A stretch of 54,216 nt of DNA from the IMG/VR virus record IMGVR_UViG_3300019458_000010, positions 1-54,216 of that record, one strand, 5' to 3'. The stretch is from a virus. The notes under the pieces are model-generated. The model was not told the DNA's origin. It did no database searches and saw only the letters and a program-made list of their open reading frames with translations. Positions 1-8,511 of this stretch are shown piece after piece. Each line of letters starts with the position of its first letter. Within the stretch, counting starts at the first letter, position 1. The position numbers were made by a program, and so were the translations under genes.

Positions 1-123
1 AAAGTCTCAATGGTCGAAAGATTCTGCTCAAAGGAAATCACGATGGTTCGTGGGCAAGACAAGCCAACGTTGGGTGGCATCATGTTTCTAAAGCAATATC
101 CACAAAAATAGGTGATATATGGA
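1..123. repeat. Terminal direct repeat, left copy (identical to 54094..54216). Indicates assembly overlap, i.e. circular closure or terminal redundancy.
   Basis: aaagtctcaatggtcgaaag...aaaataggtgatatatgga read at both window ends with no mismatch seen. Confidence 0.95.
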
Positions 124-296
124 TAGACATGGCGCATAGTCCCCTGCACTTCGAAGACGCGAATGAGTTTGGTTATGTCCTATGCGGCCATGCACATGAG
201 AAGTGGAAGATGAAAGGTAGGATACTAAACGTAGGTGTCGATCAATGGGACTTCTACCCCGTACACCTGCAACAAGTAAAGGAGATGTTTCAGTGA
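1..296 (+). CDS. Calcineurin-like metallophosphoesterase, C-terminal part (the gene wraps the contig ends; N-terminal part at 53892..54216)
   Basis: Frame 3 is open from the window edge to TGA 294-296. Translation ..LKGNHDGSW..LCGHAHEKW.. continues the ORF starting at 53892. GNHD and GHxH motifs are present. Confidence 0.85.
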   Translation, partial: SLNGRKILLKGNHDGSWARQANVGWHHVSKAISTKIGDIWIDMAHSPLHFEDANEFGYVLCGHAHEKWKMKGRILNVGVDQWDFYPVHLQQVKEMFQ

Positions 297-559
297 AGAA
301 CTTCGACGCGGGTGGAACAGCAATTAAGCTCAAAGAAGGCGAACGGATCGTAACGGCTTGGGCAGAAGACGCCAGAGGGCCAGGATGGTCTAATACTGTG
401 GTGTGGTATATAACAAAAACAAGAGAAGGTAAGCTACAACAATGTTGCATGCAACCAAATGAACAAAACTCAGAAATTCGAACCCTTTTCAGACTCTCAG
501 TTGAAATGCAATTAGCAATGGTCCGAGCAGCCACTCAGTCTCTGATAGAAAAGAGATAA
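293..559 (+). CDS. Hypothetical protein
   Basis: Same frame as track ORF 245..559. GTG 293 is preceded by AAGGAG (278-283) and overlaps the upstream stop (GTGA). No motif recognised. Confidence 0.5.
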   Translation: MKNFDAGGTAIKLKEGERIVTAWAEDARGPGWSNTVVWYITKTREGKLQQCCMQPNEQNSEIRTLFRLSVEMQLAMVRAATQSLIEKR

Positions 560-563
560 AATA

Positions 564-1397
564 TTGGAATTTGATCCTCTTGCAGACCCTTGCTTCACTT
601 GTAAGTTATGGGAAAATAAGATAAATCCGTGCATTGGGCCGAAGGTTTACAAAAAAGGAGGATTAGTCCTTGTCGGAGAAGCGCCCGGAGAGAATGAAGA
701 TAAAATTGGAGATGTATTTGTGGGGAAAGCCGGGGATGTCCTACGACTTCATCTCCAAGGAATGGGAGTTACCAGCTTCACTCTCCTTAATGCAGTTAGA
801 TGCCGACCTACGGGAAAAGATAGAGGAAATCGTGCGCCAACGGCCCGGGAAGTGGCACATTGCTCCGTGTTTTTGGCCGAGGACTTGCAACAACTCAATC
901 CAACTTTATGTATCTGTCTCGGCGCAACAGCAGCAAAAGCTCTAGGACTACCCCATCTACCACTAAAGGAGCTTAGGCATCGTTCTTGGTGGGTTAGGGT
1001 GGGGTCAGAAATAGCCCTTGTAGAGGCCCCAGAGGGGCCTAGAATCGACGATCTCATACCAGTACGGGTAACCCACCACCCTGCCGCACATATGCGGCCT
1101 GGAAAGGTTAATTTACTACACGAGATGCAGCAGGATTTGGAGAAGTACGTGACTGAATATCGGGCATTGACAGGTGGCGATAAGTATGGTATACTGAACA
1201 TAGAGATGGAGGGAAAGGATAAGAAAAAACCTATTAATAATAATACTAGAACTATAAAAGAACTAGTATTAGATATAGAAACTACTGGTTTTCTTAAGGG
1301 GTATAAAGCTCTGCCCTTTGATAAAGGCGACATTCTCTTAATAGGTTGGGATGAAGGAGAAGGATATACTTCTACGACAGAAATGGGAAAGTCTTGA
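564..1397 (+). CDS. Family-4 uracil-DNA glycosylase-like domain plus the ExoI motif of a PolA 3'-5' exonuclease (N-terminal piece of a split DNA polymerase)
   Basis: CFTC..C cysteines, GEAPGENED and THHPAAHMR motifs in family-4 UDG order. C-terminal LVLDIETTG is the ExoI motif. ORF stops at TGA 1395-1397. Confidence 0.85.
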   Translation: MEFDPLADPCFTCKLWENKINPCIGPKVYKKGGLVLVGEAPGENEDKIGDVFVGKAGDVLRLHLQGMGVTSFTLLNAVRCRPTGKDRGNRAPTAREVAHCSVFLAEDLQQLNPTLCICLGATAAKALGLPHLPLKELRHRSWWVRVGSEIALVEAPEGPRIDDLIPVRVTHHPAAHMRPGKVNLLHEMQQDLEKYVTEYRALTGGDKYGILNIEMEGKDKKKPINNNTRTIKELVLDIETTGFLKGYKALPFDKGDILLIGWDEGEGYTSTTEMGKS

Positions 1398-3036
1398 GTG
1401 GGTAAAGATTGGGCATAACTTACAGTACGAAGCTATCTGGTTGTCCTATCTCTACGGGTGGCAGCTTAAAGGTCCTTGTTTTGACACGATGATAGCTGCC
1501 CACCTTCTGGACGAAAACTCTGAAGACCGCTCCCTAGATGCTCTAGCTATGAAGCATTGCGGAGCACCAGCATGGAAAGATCAATGGAAACCCTACGCCA
1601 ACGAAATGAAGACTTTGGAGTGCATGCCCGACTCCTTCTTAGCACCGCTTGCTCGTTACAACGAGCAGGATATCAAGTGGACGAAGAACTTGTATCAATA
1701 CTTCGAACCTTTATTGACAAAGCAGGGCCTTACTTCCCTATTCCGCGTGGAGATGGAAAATCTAAAAACTTTGGCAAGGATGACTGAGTGGGGAATACTA
1801 GTAGACACAGAGCTACTACATGAGTGGACAACTCATTACCGAGTTCGCTACAAAGAGTTGCAAGATTCATTTGATTTTAATCCAGCCTCGGTCCCTCAGA
1901 AGCTCACCGCACTTCGTGCCGCTGGATACAACATTGCTAGCACAGGCGACGAAGTTCTCGCTGACTTGGGAGAGGGACTACCAGCAAGGCTGCGGGAATT
2001 CAACAAGCTTCACAAGATACTTGGCACATATCTTGATGGTTTCGCAACGCAAATTTACTCCGATGGTCGAATACACCCCCAATTCCATCAAAATCGGGTT
2101 GTGTCGGGGAGACTGTCTAGCTCCGATCCTAATAGTCAAAATTTCCCCAGAGACACAAGTGAGTTGCCATTCCGAAAGCTCTTCCGAGGGACGTGGAGTC
2201 GTTTACTCCGATTTGATTTCTCCCAAATAGAACTTCGTGTTGCGGCACATCTTTCAAAGGATAAGGAGCTACTTCGTGTTTACAGGGAACATCAAGATAT
2301 CCATTCGGTTACCGGAGAGCGAATTTGGAATAAACCGGCCAGAAGTCATTCAGAAAATGAACGAGTGGCTGCCAAGGTTACCAACTTTGCTTCCCTTTAT
2401 GACCCATTCGATACGTGCTATGGTGCCGTCCGATTCAAACTACATAGTGACTACGGAATTGATTTTGACTGGCTACACACCAAGAGCTTCGTGGACGCTT
2501 TTCGTGACTCGTATCGGGGTTGGTTTTCCTCCCTACTCGGCGTCACACAGCAGGTTTACGATCAAGGGTGGGTCAGGCAGCCCATCACTGGACGCATTCG
2601 TCGAAGTCCAGGTTCCTTGCAAAGTTGGGGACTTAAGGAGCGACCCAGATCATTACAGCACCTCAGAGAGCTATGCCGAGGCAACAAGCCTTTGCAGGAA
2701 ATTATCCGAAGCATTCCAAATAGCCTTAATCAAGGGTTTGCTTCTGGAGACCTTACCAAACTCGTCTGCACCGCTATTGACCGCCAATTGCAAGCTAGAG
2801 GCTTCCGAAGCCGAGTCTGTAACATCATCCACGACGAAGCCCTCGTTGACATCTACCCGCCGGAGGAAAAGGAAATTATAGATATCGTGTACAAGACAGC
2901 GACAAATCCTCCTTTGTACGTGGCCTTTGGAACAACCATCAAAGACGTTCCCATTGAAATAGAGATAGGGATAGGAGACACATGGTCAGACGCGAAGAAA
3001 AAGGAAAACCAGATTTCCTTGGCTCCTGCATTCTAG
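1351..3036 (+). CDS. polA: Family A DNA polymerase (ExoII/ExoIII plus polymerase domain); frame open from 1345
   Basis: GHNLQYE (ExoII-like), YNEQD (ExoIII), DFSQIELRVAAHL (motif A), RVAAKVTNFASLY (motif B), IIHDEALV (motif C). Confidence 0.9.
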   Translation: MKEKDILLRQKWESLEWVKIGHNLQYEAIWLSYLYGWQLKGPCFDTMIAAHLLDENSEDRSLDALAMKHCGAPAWKDQWKPYANEMKTLECMPDSFLAPLARYNEQDIKWTKNLYQYFEPLLTKQGLTSLFRVEMENLKTLARMTEWGILVDTELLHEWTTHYRVRYKELQDSFDFNPASVPQKLTALRAAGYNIASTGDEVLADLGEGLPARLREFNKLHKILGTYLDGFATQIYSDGRIHPQFHQNRVVSGRLSSSDPNSQNFPRDTSELPFRKLFRGTWSRLLRFDFSQIELRVAAHLSKDKELLRVYREHQDIHSVTGERIWNKPARSHSENERVAAKVTNFASLYDPFDTCYGAVRFKLHSDYGIDFDWLHTKSFVDAFRDSYRGWFSSLLGVTQQVYDQGWVRQPITGRIRRSPGSLQSWGLKERPRSLQHLRELCRGNKPLQEIIRSIPNSLNQGFASGDLTKLVCTAIDRQLQARGFRSRVCNIIHDEALVDIYPPEEKEIIDIVYKTATNPPLYVAFGTTIKDVPIEIEIGIGDTWSDAKKKENQISLAPAF

Positions 3037-3188
3037 CAGACGGTACAATAACTCATTGTTGGCATGAGGTGTCTATCATGCCTCGCACGCACTATATACG
3101 ATTTCTTATATGCTGTGAATGCGGGACGGAGATGAAAACAACTGACCGAAATCATGAACCAAACTTTTATGGCGATCGGAGGTAATAA

Positions 3189-3527
3189 GTGACAGTCGAA
3201 GAGCAGGCTGAAAGACAGAGAGAACTACATGGGGCAAGATACCGCATGCTTACAAAAGTTGATAAACTTCTTGAACGTGAGTTGGACAAGCTCGCTAATG
3301 TGGAAAAACATGGTCCCGACTACATAGAGGAATATGAGGCAATTAACAAATTAGGAGGTCTTCGGGTTGCGTTGTTTCGAGAGCTAATCGATGTAGCTCT
3401 GGCGGGCGCAACTGCCCGCTCAGTCACGAATGCTTATGACGAGACAGACTACAAGAAGTGGCTTGATCTAGTAGACAAGGGTGCTGAGGATCAGCAAGGA
3501 CCTGCGTCTCGAAAGGAGGACGAGTAA
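3189..3527 (+). CDS. Hypothetical helical protein
   Basis: GTG-start ORF filling the gap between the polymerase and the next gene, on the operon strand. Confidence 0.55.
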   Translation: MTVEEQAERQRELHGARYRMLTKVDKLLERELDKLANVEKHGPDYIEEYEAINKLGGLRVALFRELIDVALAGATARSVTNAYDETDYKKWLDLVDKGAEDQQGPASRKEDE

Positions 3528-3529
3528 TA

Positions 3530-4042
3530 ATGCCGAATCAGCAGGGACGTGTGACGGGAATCGAGCCGAAGCAGACGGCAAAGGGTAAGACGTATTATCG
3601 GGTACAAGTAAACGGAATGTGGCTTTCAACATGGGAGAAGCCGGAGTTTAATGATGGGGATGAAATCACGTTTGACATCGTGCAGAAGGGAGATTTTAAG
3701 AACTTGGCTAACGCCGCGGTTGTTGAAGGAACTAGTCGGCCTGTCGCCGGAACAACGGTACGATCTACTCGCCCAAATGGCTCTTTCGACTCTGACCGAG
3801 AAGCGCGTATCCTTAGGCAGAACGCCTTCACTTCGGCTAGCTCGCTCGTGGGCTCGCTCATTGAAGCACAAGGTCCTAAAGGCAATTGGGACCTTCGAAA
3901 AGCATTCGACGCGAGTGTAAGGCTTGCCCAGGATATCTTCCAGGTGAATATGTATGGGTACGAGGGATTACCCCAAGCAAAAGCAAAAGAAACAGCCTCA
4001 GCCGCCCCGGCAGGGGGTGCTGATGAACTTTTCAAATACTAG
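3530..4042 (+). CDS. Possible single-stranded DNA-binding protein (weak call)
   Basis: Lies in the replication cluster. Beta-rich N-terminal half, Ala/Gly linker and acidic-aromatic tail GGADELFKY reminiscent of SSB tails. Confidence 0.35.
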   Translation: MPNQQGRVTGIEPKQTAKGKTYYRVQVNGMWLSTWEKPEFNDGDEITFDIVQKGDFKNLANAAVVEGTSRPVAGTTVRSTRPNGSFDSDREARILRQNAFTSASSLVGSLIEAQGPKGNWDLRKAFDASVRLAQDIFQVNMYGYEGLPQAKAKETASAAPAGGADELFKY

Positions 4043-4129
4043 CCGCTTGCGCCGATGCCCTAGCTTGGCAAACGGCTAGGCTCGCCCGCCTTATAGCTAG
4101 AGAAAAAGACCCCCAAATCAAGGAGATGT

Positions 4130-4645
4130 ATGAAGAAAGGTTTCAGTGGCACGAACGAGCTTACACAACCATCCTCAACCAAATGCGTCACCACCCTCCA
4201 CCCACCTCATCCGAAAGTGATTTACTTAATCGGCAGCCTACGTAATTCTGGCATTCCACTCATTGCAAACCAACTTCGAAAATTGGGCTACGACGTTTTT
4301 GATGACTGGTTTGCACCAGGACCAAAGGCCGATGATTGGTGGCAACACTATGAGACAACGAGAGGAAGAACATACGAGGAAGCCCTTGATGGGTATGCAG
4401 CAAAACATATATTCGAATTCGATTTCTCTCACCTATTGTGGGCCAACATCGCAATACTGGTCATGCCCGCTGGAAAGTCCGGCCACCTCGAACTCGGTTG
4501 GTTACTCGGACGTGGAGTACCTGGATATATTCTATTCGATCGTGTCCCGGAACGTTGGGACGTAATGTATCAGCTCGCTAACGGCGTCTTTTTCACTTTC
4601 GAGGGACTACGTGATACTCTCACCCGCAACCATTCGCCATCTTAA
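4130..4645 (+). CDS. Nucleoside 2-deoxyribosyltransferase-fold protein (copy 1)
   Basis: AAGGAG RBS 4 nt before ATG. Pattern KVIYLIGSLRN...ILVMPAGKSGHLELGWLLGRG resembles NDT-like Rossmann proteins. Called from motif memory only. Confidence 0.5.
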   Translation: MKKGFSGTNELTQPSSTKCVTTLHPPHPKVIYLIGSLRNSGIPLIANQLRKLGYDVFDDWFAPGPKADDWWQHYETTRGRTYEEALDGYAAKHIFEFDFSHLLWANIAILVMPAGKSGHLELGWLLGRGVPGYILFDRVPERWDVMYQLANGVFFTFEGLRDTLTRNHSPS

Positions 4646-5066
4646 GCTAGTTCATCCTTGCGTTGATGCACAAAGGTCCCATGGCGTTTCGTTCGGTCTT
4701 GGTCACGCTGGCTATGATGTTCGCATTGCCAAACACCATTGGTTATACCCTGGCCAGTTCCAGTTAGGATCAACCATGGAACGCTTTATACTACCCGATA
4801 ACGTGTTAGGAGTTGTTCATGATAAGTCTACTTGGGCTCGTAAGGGCCTATCGGTGTTCAACACTATCTTGGAACCAGGGTGGGAGGGACATTTAACATT
4901 AGAACTAGTCAATCACCATAATGAAGGGCTTTATATTCCATCAGGAGTAGGAATTGCCCAAGTTGTCTTTCACCTTCTAGACTGCGCTACTGACAACCCC
5001 TATCGAGGGAAGTACCAGAATCAAAAAGCAGGCATACAGGAGGCTATCTTTGAGTCAGCTAATTAA
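4611..5066 (+). CDS. dcd: dCTP deaminase / dUTPase-superfamily enzyme
   Basis: GYDVR, KSTWARKGL, EPGWEGHLTLELVN, GIAQVVF, YRGKYQNQ in Dcd-like order. GAGGG RBS before GTG 4611. Confidence 0.8.
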   Translation: MILSPATIRHLKLVHPCVDAQRSHGVSFGLGHAGYDVRIAKHHWLYPGQFQLGSTMERFILPDNVLGVVHDKSTWARKGLSVFNTILEPGWEGHLTLELVNHHNEGLYIPSGVGIAQVVFHLLDCATDNPYRGKYQNQKAGIQEAIFESAN

Positions 5067-5259
5067 TTGGCCTAACTTTAAGAAATTGCCGAGATGTGAA
5101 TTTGGCACATTATCTAGCATGAATGGTCCAAATGATGAGCCACTTTGTGGAGAGCCTGCATCTTACAAAGTGTGGTGGAAAGAAGATGCAGCGGATTCCA
5201 TGTTTGTCTGCGATAAACACGCAAGAGAAATTGAAATAGCAGATGAGCCCGGCTTGTAG
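5050..5259 (+). CDS. Hypothetical protein (start uncertain; alternative ATG at 5119)
   Basis: Track ORF on the operon strand; no motif. Confidence 0.4.
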   Translation: MSQLINWPNFKKLPRCEFGTLSSMNGPNDEPLCGEPASYKVWWKEDAADSMFVCDKHAREIEIADEPGL

Positions 5260-5440
5260 GTATCACGGAGCGGACTGGATTATAGAGGGAGCTAGCGGAT
5301 ATTTCTACTGTGAAAGGTGTGACAACAGGGAGCAAATTGAAAGTGCCGAAGCCTTTGAGGAATCCCGAAGAGAAGAGGAAGAAATGGAGAATGCCGAGGA
5401 AGCGGGTAATGCCAATGCCGACAAAACTGCACAAGGTTAA
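5243..5440 (+). CDS. Hypothetical small protein with an acidic tail
   Basis: Track ORF. Competes with the overlapping alternate-frame ORF 5310..5507 over a GA-rich stretch; preferred because it leaves the RBS of 5494 free. Confidence 0.35.
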   Translation: MSPACRYHGADWIIEGASGYFYCERCDNREQIESAEAFEESRREEEEMENAEEAGNANADKTAQG

Positions 5441-5493
5441 GCCAGACTATCATCGAACAGAAAACCGTAAGGTAATAAAGGAGATTTTAGCCG

Positions 5494-5697
5494 ATGAGGT
5501 GGTATAACTGGCTAGGCATTATGCTGGTGGCCCTACAATTCGCCGCTTTTGCCGCGCTATTAGTTACGGTTCTGGCCGACTATTGGGACTCGGGACGGCG
5601 TGAGGATTTCGTGGCAATATTCGTTGTGGTGTTAGCTCAGGTGTTAGCTTTAGTAGGTTTTTCAATAGTCGGCCTCTATATTATTGTTTTACCATGA
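5494..5697 (+). CDS. Small membrane protein with two predicted TM helices
   Basis: AAGGAG upstream. Hydrophobic stretches WLGIMLVALQFAAFAALLVTVLA and FVAIFVVVLAQVLALVGFSIVGLYIIVL. Confidence 0.6.
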   Translation: MRWYNWLGIMLVALQFAAFAALLVTVLADYWDSGRREDFVAIFVVVLAQVLALVGFSIVGLYIIVLP

Positions 5698-6461
5698 ATG
5701 CTAGAGCACTAGCAAGAAGCATCAAGGAGGGGTGGAGTGCTAAAGCTAAACAGAAACGAGACGACCACGAGCCCAGAATCGGATCTACGTTCCACGCTAG
5801 GGAAGCAGGTGGATGCCAGCTTAGAGCCTATCTTAGAAGACTTAGCTATCCTGAGACAGAACCTCGTCCAGATGCCGCCGGAAGACTTGCGGACTTGGCA
5901 GAACGTGGTGAATTTCTTGAACAATCTACTCTCGCCGCTCTTAAGCTTTCAGAGCCCAGCGTTCATGCCGCAGGTCAGAAGAGGGGTTCTGCAACGTTTA
6001 GCTCAGGAGGCATCCGAATTGAATGTGTGGGCCGCCTGGATGGCCAATTGTCAGATGATACGGGACTTGAATGTAAGTCCACCGGAACCGAACACTTCAA
6101 CGAAATCCGCAGCAAGCTAGACCTTGAGCAACTTAGACCAGCCTGGGTAGATCAGTGTCTTGCGTACTGCTACATTTTTAACCTTGCCTGTGTATACCTA
6201 ATACTCATCGATCGTAATGACCATCGCTACAAAGTATTTGAGGTAAAACGTGATAGAAAGCGAGAGGAAGGACTCCTAAAGGAACTTGTCGAAACGGAAA
6301 AGAGTATACAAGCGAAAGACCCGCCGAACCCGAAAGTCACGCTCGCGTGTTACCATTGCCCGTACCACCCGTACTGCCCAGCCTTCGGCGGTGATAGTAG
6401 TAGCATCGAAGAAGCGCCCTCCGAAACAATCCTACTTAGCAGTAGTCCAGCAGAAGTATAA
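5694..6461 (+). CDS. Cas4/RecB-like PD-(D/E)xK nuclease with a 4-Cys cluster
   Basis: N-terminal Cys (GGCQLRAY), GRLDGQ...LECKS (D..ExK), QCLAYCY (QxxxY), C-terminal CYHCPYHPYC. Confidence 0.75.
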   Translation: MNARALARSIKEGWSAKAKQKRDDHEPRIGSTFHAREAGGCQLRAYLRRLSYPETEPRPDAAGRLADLAERGEFLEQSTLAALKLSEPSVHAAGQKRGSATFSSGGIRIECVGRLDGQLSDDTGLECKSTGTEHFNEIRSKLDLEQLRPAWVDQCLAYCYIFNLACVYLILIDRNDHRYKVFEVKRDRKREEGLLKELVETEKSIQAKDPPNPKVTLACYHCPYHPYCPAFGGDSSSIEEAPSETILLSSSPAEV

Positions 6462-6702
6462 ACGCTCTCCAACCAAAAAAGAAGTCATTCATCACTTAGA
6501 CGAGAATCCCTGGCACAACCATTATGCCAACCTTGTTCTTCTTCCTAAGTGGGCTCATTGGGTTATGCACACATGGGATCGTGCCGGTTGGTTTCGAGAC
6601 TATGGAACAGAGATTCTAGAGACCGTTAAAGCATTCATGCATTTGCACCAGTTTCCGTGCGCCGAATGTGAAGAGGTGAAGAAAAATGCCAAAGAGGATT
6701 GA
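6391..6702 (+). CDS. HNH-like endonuclease-fold small protein
   Basis: IHHLDENPWHNHYANLVLLPKWAH core. The frame is open from 6286; GTG 6391 is the last possible in-frame start and overlaps the upstream gene by 71 nt. Confidence 0.45.
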   Translation: MIVVASKKRPPKQSYLAVVQQKYKRSPTKKEVIHHLDENPWHNHYANLVLLPKWAHWVMHTWDRAGWFRDYGTEILETVKAFMHLHQFPCAECEEVKKNAKED

Positions 6703-6880
6703 GCTAGACGATGAACAATATGCCGAGCTAGAGAATGCATTTTTTGATCTTGACAAGGCTTTGAACAGAGAGTTTGATGACATTTACAATGACGAATTAC
6801 TAGAGGACTACGAGGACGCTGTGTCAAGAGCAAGAGACTTCCTACAGGGCTTGATAGACGAAGCCGAGGATGTGGAATAA
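6686..6880 (+). CDS. Small, highly acidic protein
   Basis: Track ORF, 64 aa, very D/E-rich (DDEQYAELENAFFDLD...EDYEDA...DEAEDVE). Confidence 0.55.
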   Translation: MPKRIELDDEQYAELENAFFDLDKALNREFDDIYNDELLEDYEDAVSRARDFLQGLIDEAEDVE

Positions 6881-7311
6881 TGGAAAAGCGTTGCGATTTT
6901 TGTGGATACTCTCCTGACCTAGCACTTACCCCAGAAGAGATGTCCGAAGAGGAAAAGATAGCGGCCCTTCAAATGTTCGGTGGACCAGACCATGAGGGCG
7001 GGCCGCTGCGAACACCCGAGCAATGTTACGAACTCTTTCTACATCATCGTTTGGGTTCGTCTGCCGATTGGCTCCCCGAAGAGGGTCCAATTACAACACA
7101 ATTCGGACCCAAGTGGATATCTCATCCAGAACGCCAATTAGAGCCGTGGCCACGTGATAATTATGGCATACTTTGGTGGCCTGGCCGGGAGTATGGTTAT
7201 CCCGATCCAACTCTCCGTCCCACACATAAGTACGAACGTGTATACAAGTGGGTTCGAGACAAATTCAAAAACCTCATTAAAGGATTAAAGGAGGCGTTGT
7301 CTAGTGCCTAA
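6880..7311 (+). CDS. Hypothetical protein
   Basis: Track ORF, ATG overlapping the upstream stop (TAATG). Confidence 0.6.
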   Translation: MEKRCDFCGYSPDLALTPEEMSEEEKIAALQMFGGPDHEGGPLRTPEQCYELFLHHRLGSSADWLPEEGPITTQFGPKWISHPERQLEPWPRDNYGILWWPGREYGYPDPTLRPTHKYERVYKWVRDKFKNLIKGLKEALSSA

Positions 7312-7711
7312 CCGATCTCTTGATGATCTGCACCCCTGGGTAAAGGCGAAGGCCGAACGATTCTTAGAGAAGTGCAGAGGCGGAGGATTCCCAGTACTAA
7401 TCTATGAAACTTGGCGATCTCCTGAAGACCAGAACGCGAGGTTTGGCGAAGGGAAATCGGATGCTCGTGCTTGGGAGTCTCCGCACCAATACGGCCTAGC
7501 CTTTGATTGTGTGCCCTTCGCAGAAGGAGGACTTGTTGCTTGGTGGGAGGCACCAGATAAAGTGTGGTCGTATCTTTACTCAATGGCAGCGGCCTGTGGT
7601 CTTGATCCTCTAGGTGATATTTACGGAGAGTATTTGCCCTGGGACAAGGGGCACTTTCAAGAGCCAGGATGGAGACTAGTAAAAGACTTGCTTCCTAAGA
7701 GGATTAACTAA
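7304..7711 (+). CDS. Peptidase M15 (VanY-like) endolysin
   Basis: SPHQYGLAFD matches SxHxxGxAxD; downstream WDKGHFQ supplies the second His. Confidence 0.8.
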   Translation: MPNRSLDDLHPWVKAKAERFLEKCRGGGFPVLIYETWRSPEDQNARFGEGKSDARAWESPHQYGLAFDCVPFAEGGLVAWWEAPDKVWSYLYSMAAACGLDPLGDIYGEYLPWDKGHFQEPGWRLVKDLLPKRIN

Positions 7712-7737
7712 TTCTTCGAAAGGGGACTGATGTCCGA

Positions 7738-8511
7738 ATGTCTAAGAATCGTCCTAAGCGAACCGGGGATGTGGCTATCACGCGTGTTCTCGCATTACCC
7801 GATATCCACTACCCTCTTCATGACCAGCGCGCTCTTTCTGCTGTTGAGAGTTTTATCCCAGACTTTAAGCCGGATATTGTTATCTACCTTGGCGATCAGT
7901 TGCAGATGGATTGTGTGTCACATTGGCTCGAAGATAAGCGTCGCCGACTCGAAGGACAAAGGCTCCTTAAGGACTATGAAGGATTCAGTCGGGTCCTTGA
8001 CCGACATATGGCGCTTGCGCCTGCTGCCAGGTTTGTCTTTATATTCGGGAATCACGAGGACTGGTGTCAACAATACATTGATCTTCACCCTGAGATGGAG
8101 GGGATGCTCGAAGTGGAGCATGCTCTTCGCCTACGAGAGAGGAACTTTGATGTCATCCCGTTTGGACAAGCATATCAGGTAGGTTACCTCTGGTACATTC
8201 ATGGCGTCTATACAAACGAACACCACGCCAAAGCCACCGCTCTTGCGTACCGTCGCAACGTTCGTTATGGCCATACTCATGATATTCAGCATCATACTCT
8301 TACTTCACCCGTCGATGTTGAGGATCGGATTTCCGCTTCCAGCATTGGTTGCCTCTGCAATGTTAATCCCCATTATCTACGTATGCGCCCGAACCGTTGG
8401 CAACTTGGTTTCAATGTGGCGTATGTCCGGTCAGACGGAACGTTCAATGACTTTACCATTGCCATCATTCAAGGAAAGTTCACCTTCGAGGGAAAAACAT
8501 ATGAAGGCTAA
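7738..8511 (+). CDS. Calcineurin-like metallophosphoesterase
   Basis: DIHYP, GDQLQMD, GNHEDW, IHG, GHTHD in canonical order. Confidence 0.8.
   Translation: MSKNRPKRTGDVAITRVLALPDIHYPLHDQRALSAVESFIPDFKPDIVIYLGDQLQMDCVSHWLEDKRRRLEGQRLLKDYEGFSRVLDRHMALAPAARFVFIFGNHEDWCQQYIDLHPEMEGMLEVEHALRLRERNFDVIPFGQAYQVGYLWYIHGVYTNEHHAKATALAYRRNVRYGHTHDIQHHTLTSPVDVEDRISASSIGCLCNVNPHYLRMRPNRWQLGFNVAYVRSDGTFNDFTIAIIQGKFTFEGKTYEG

Noticed and set aside
88-1333. Antisense ORFs 88..534 (-) and 749..1333 (-), and the nested plus-strand ORFs inside the polymerase (670..945, 1557..1787, 1820..2230, 2237..2881)
   Set aside because: They are nested within or opposite genes that carry clear catalytic motifs. No independent signals support them.
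2982-3185. 67-aa ORF at the polymerase 3' end
   Set aside because: Its first third overlaps the polymerase. Only a 35-aa piece from ATG 3078 would be independent, and no RBS was seen. It could still be a tiny CxxC protein, but the support is insufficient.
5310-5507. Basic 65-aa ORF overlapping 5243..5440
   Set aside because: It is the alternate frame of a GA-rich stretch. It would cover the RBS and start of the membrane-protein gene at 5494. The call has low certainty either way.
8201-8500. N-terminal 100 aa of track ORF 8201..8956
   Set aside because: This part is the alternate frame of the metallophosphoesterase gene 7738..8511. The recognisable MazG-like domain starts at ATG 8501, which overlaps the upstream stop.
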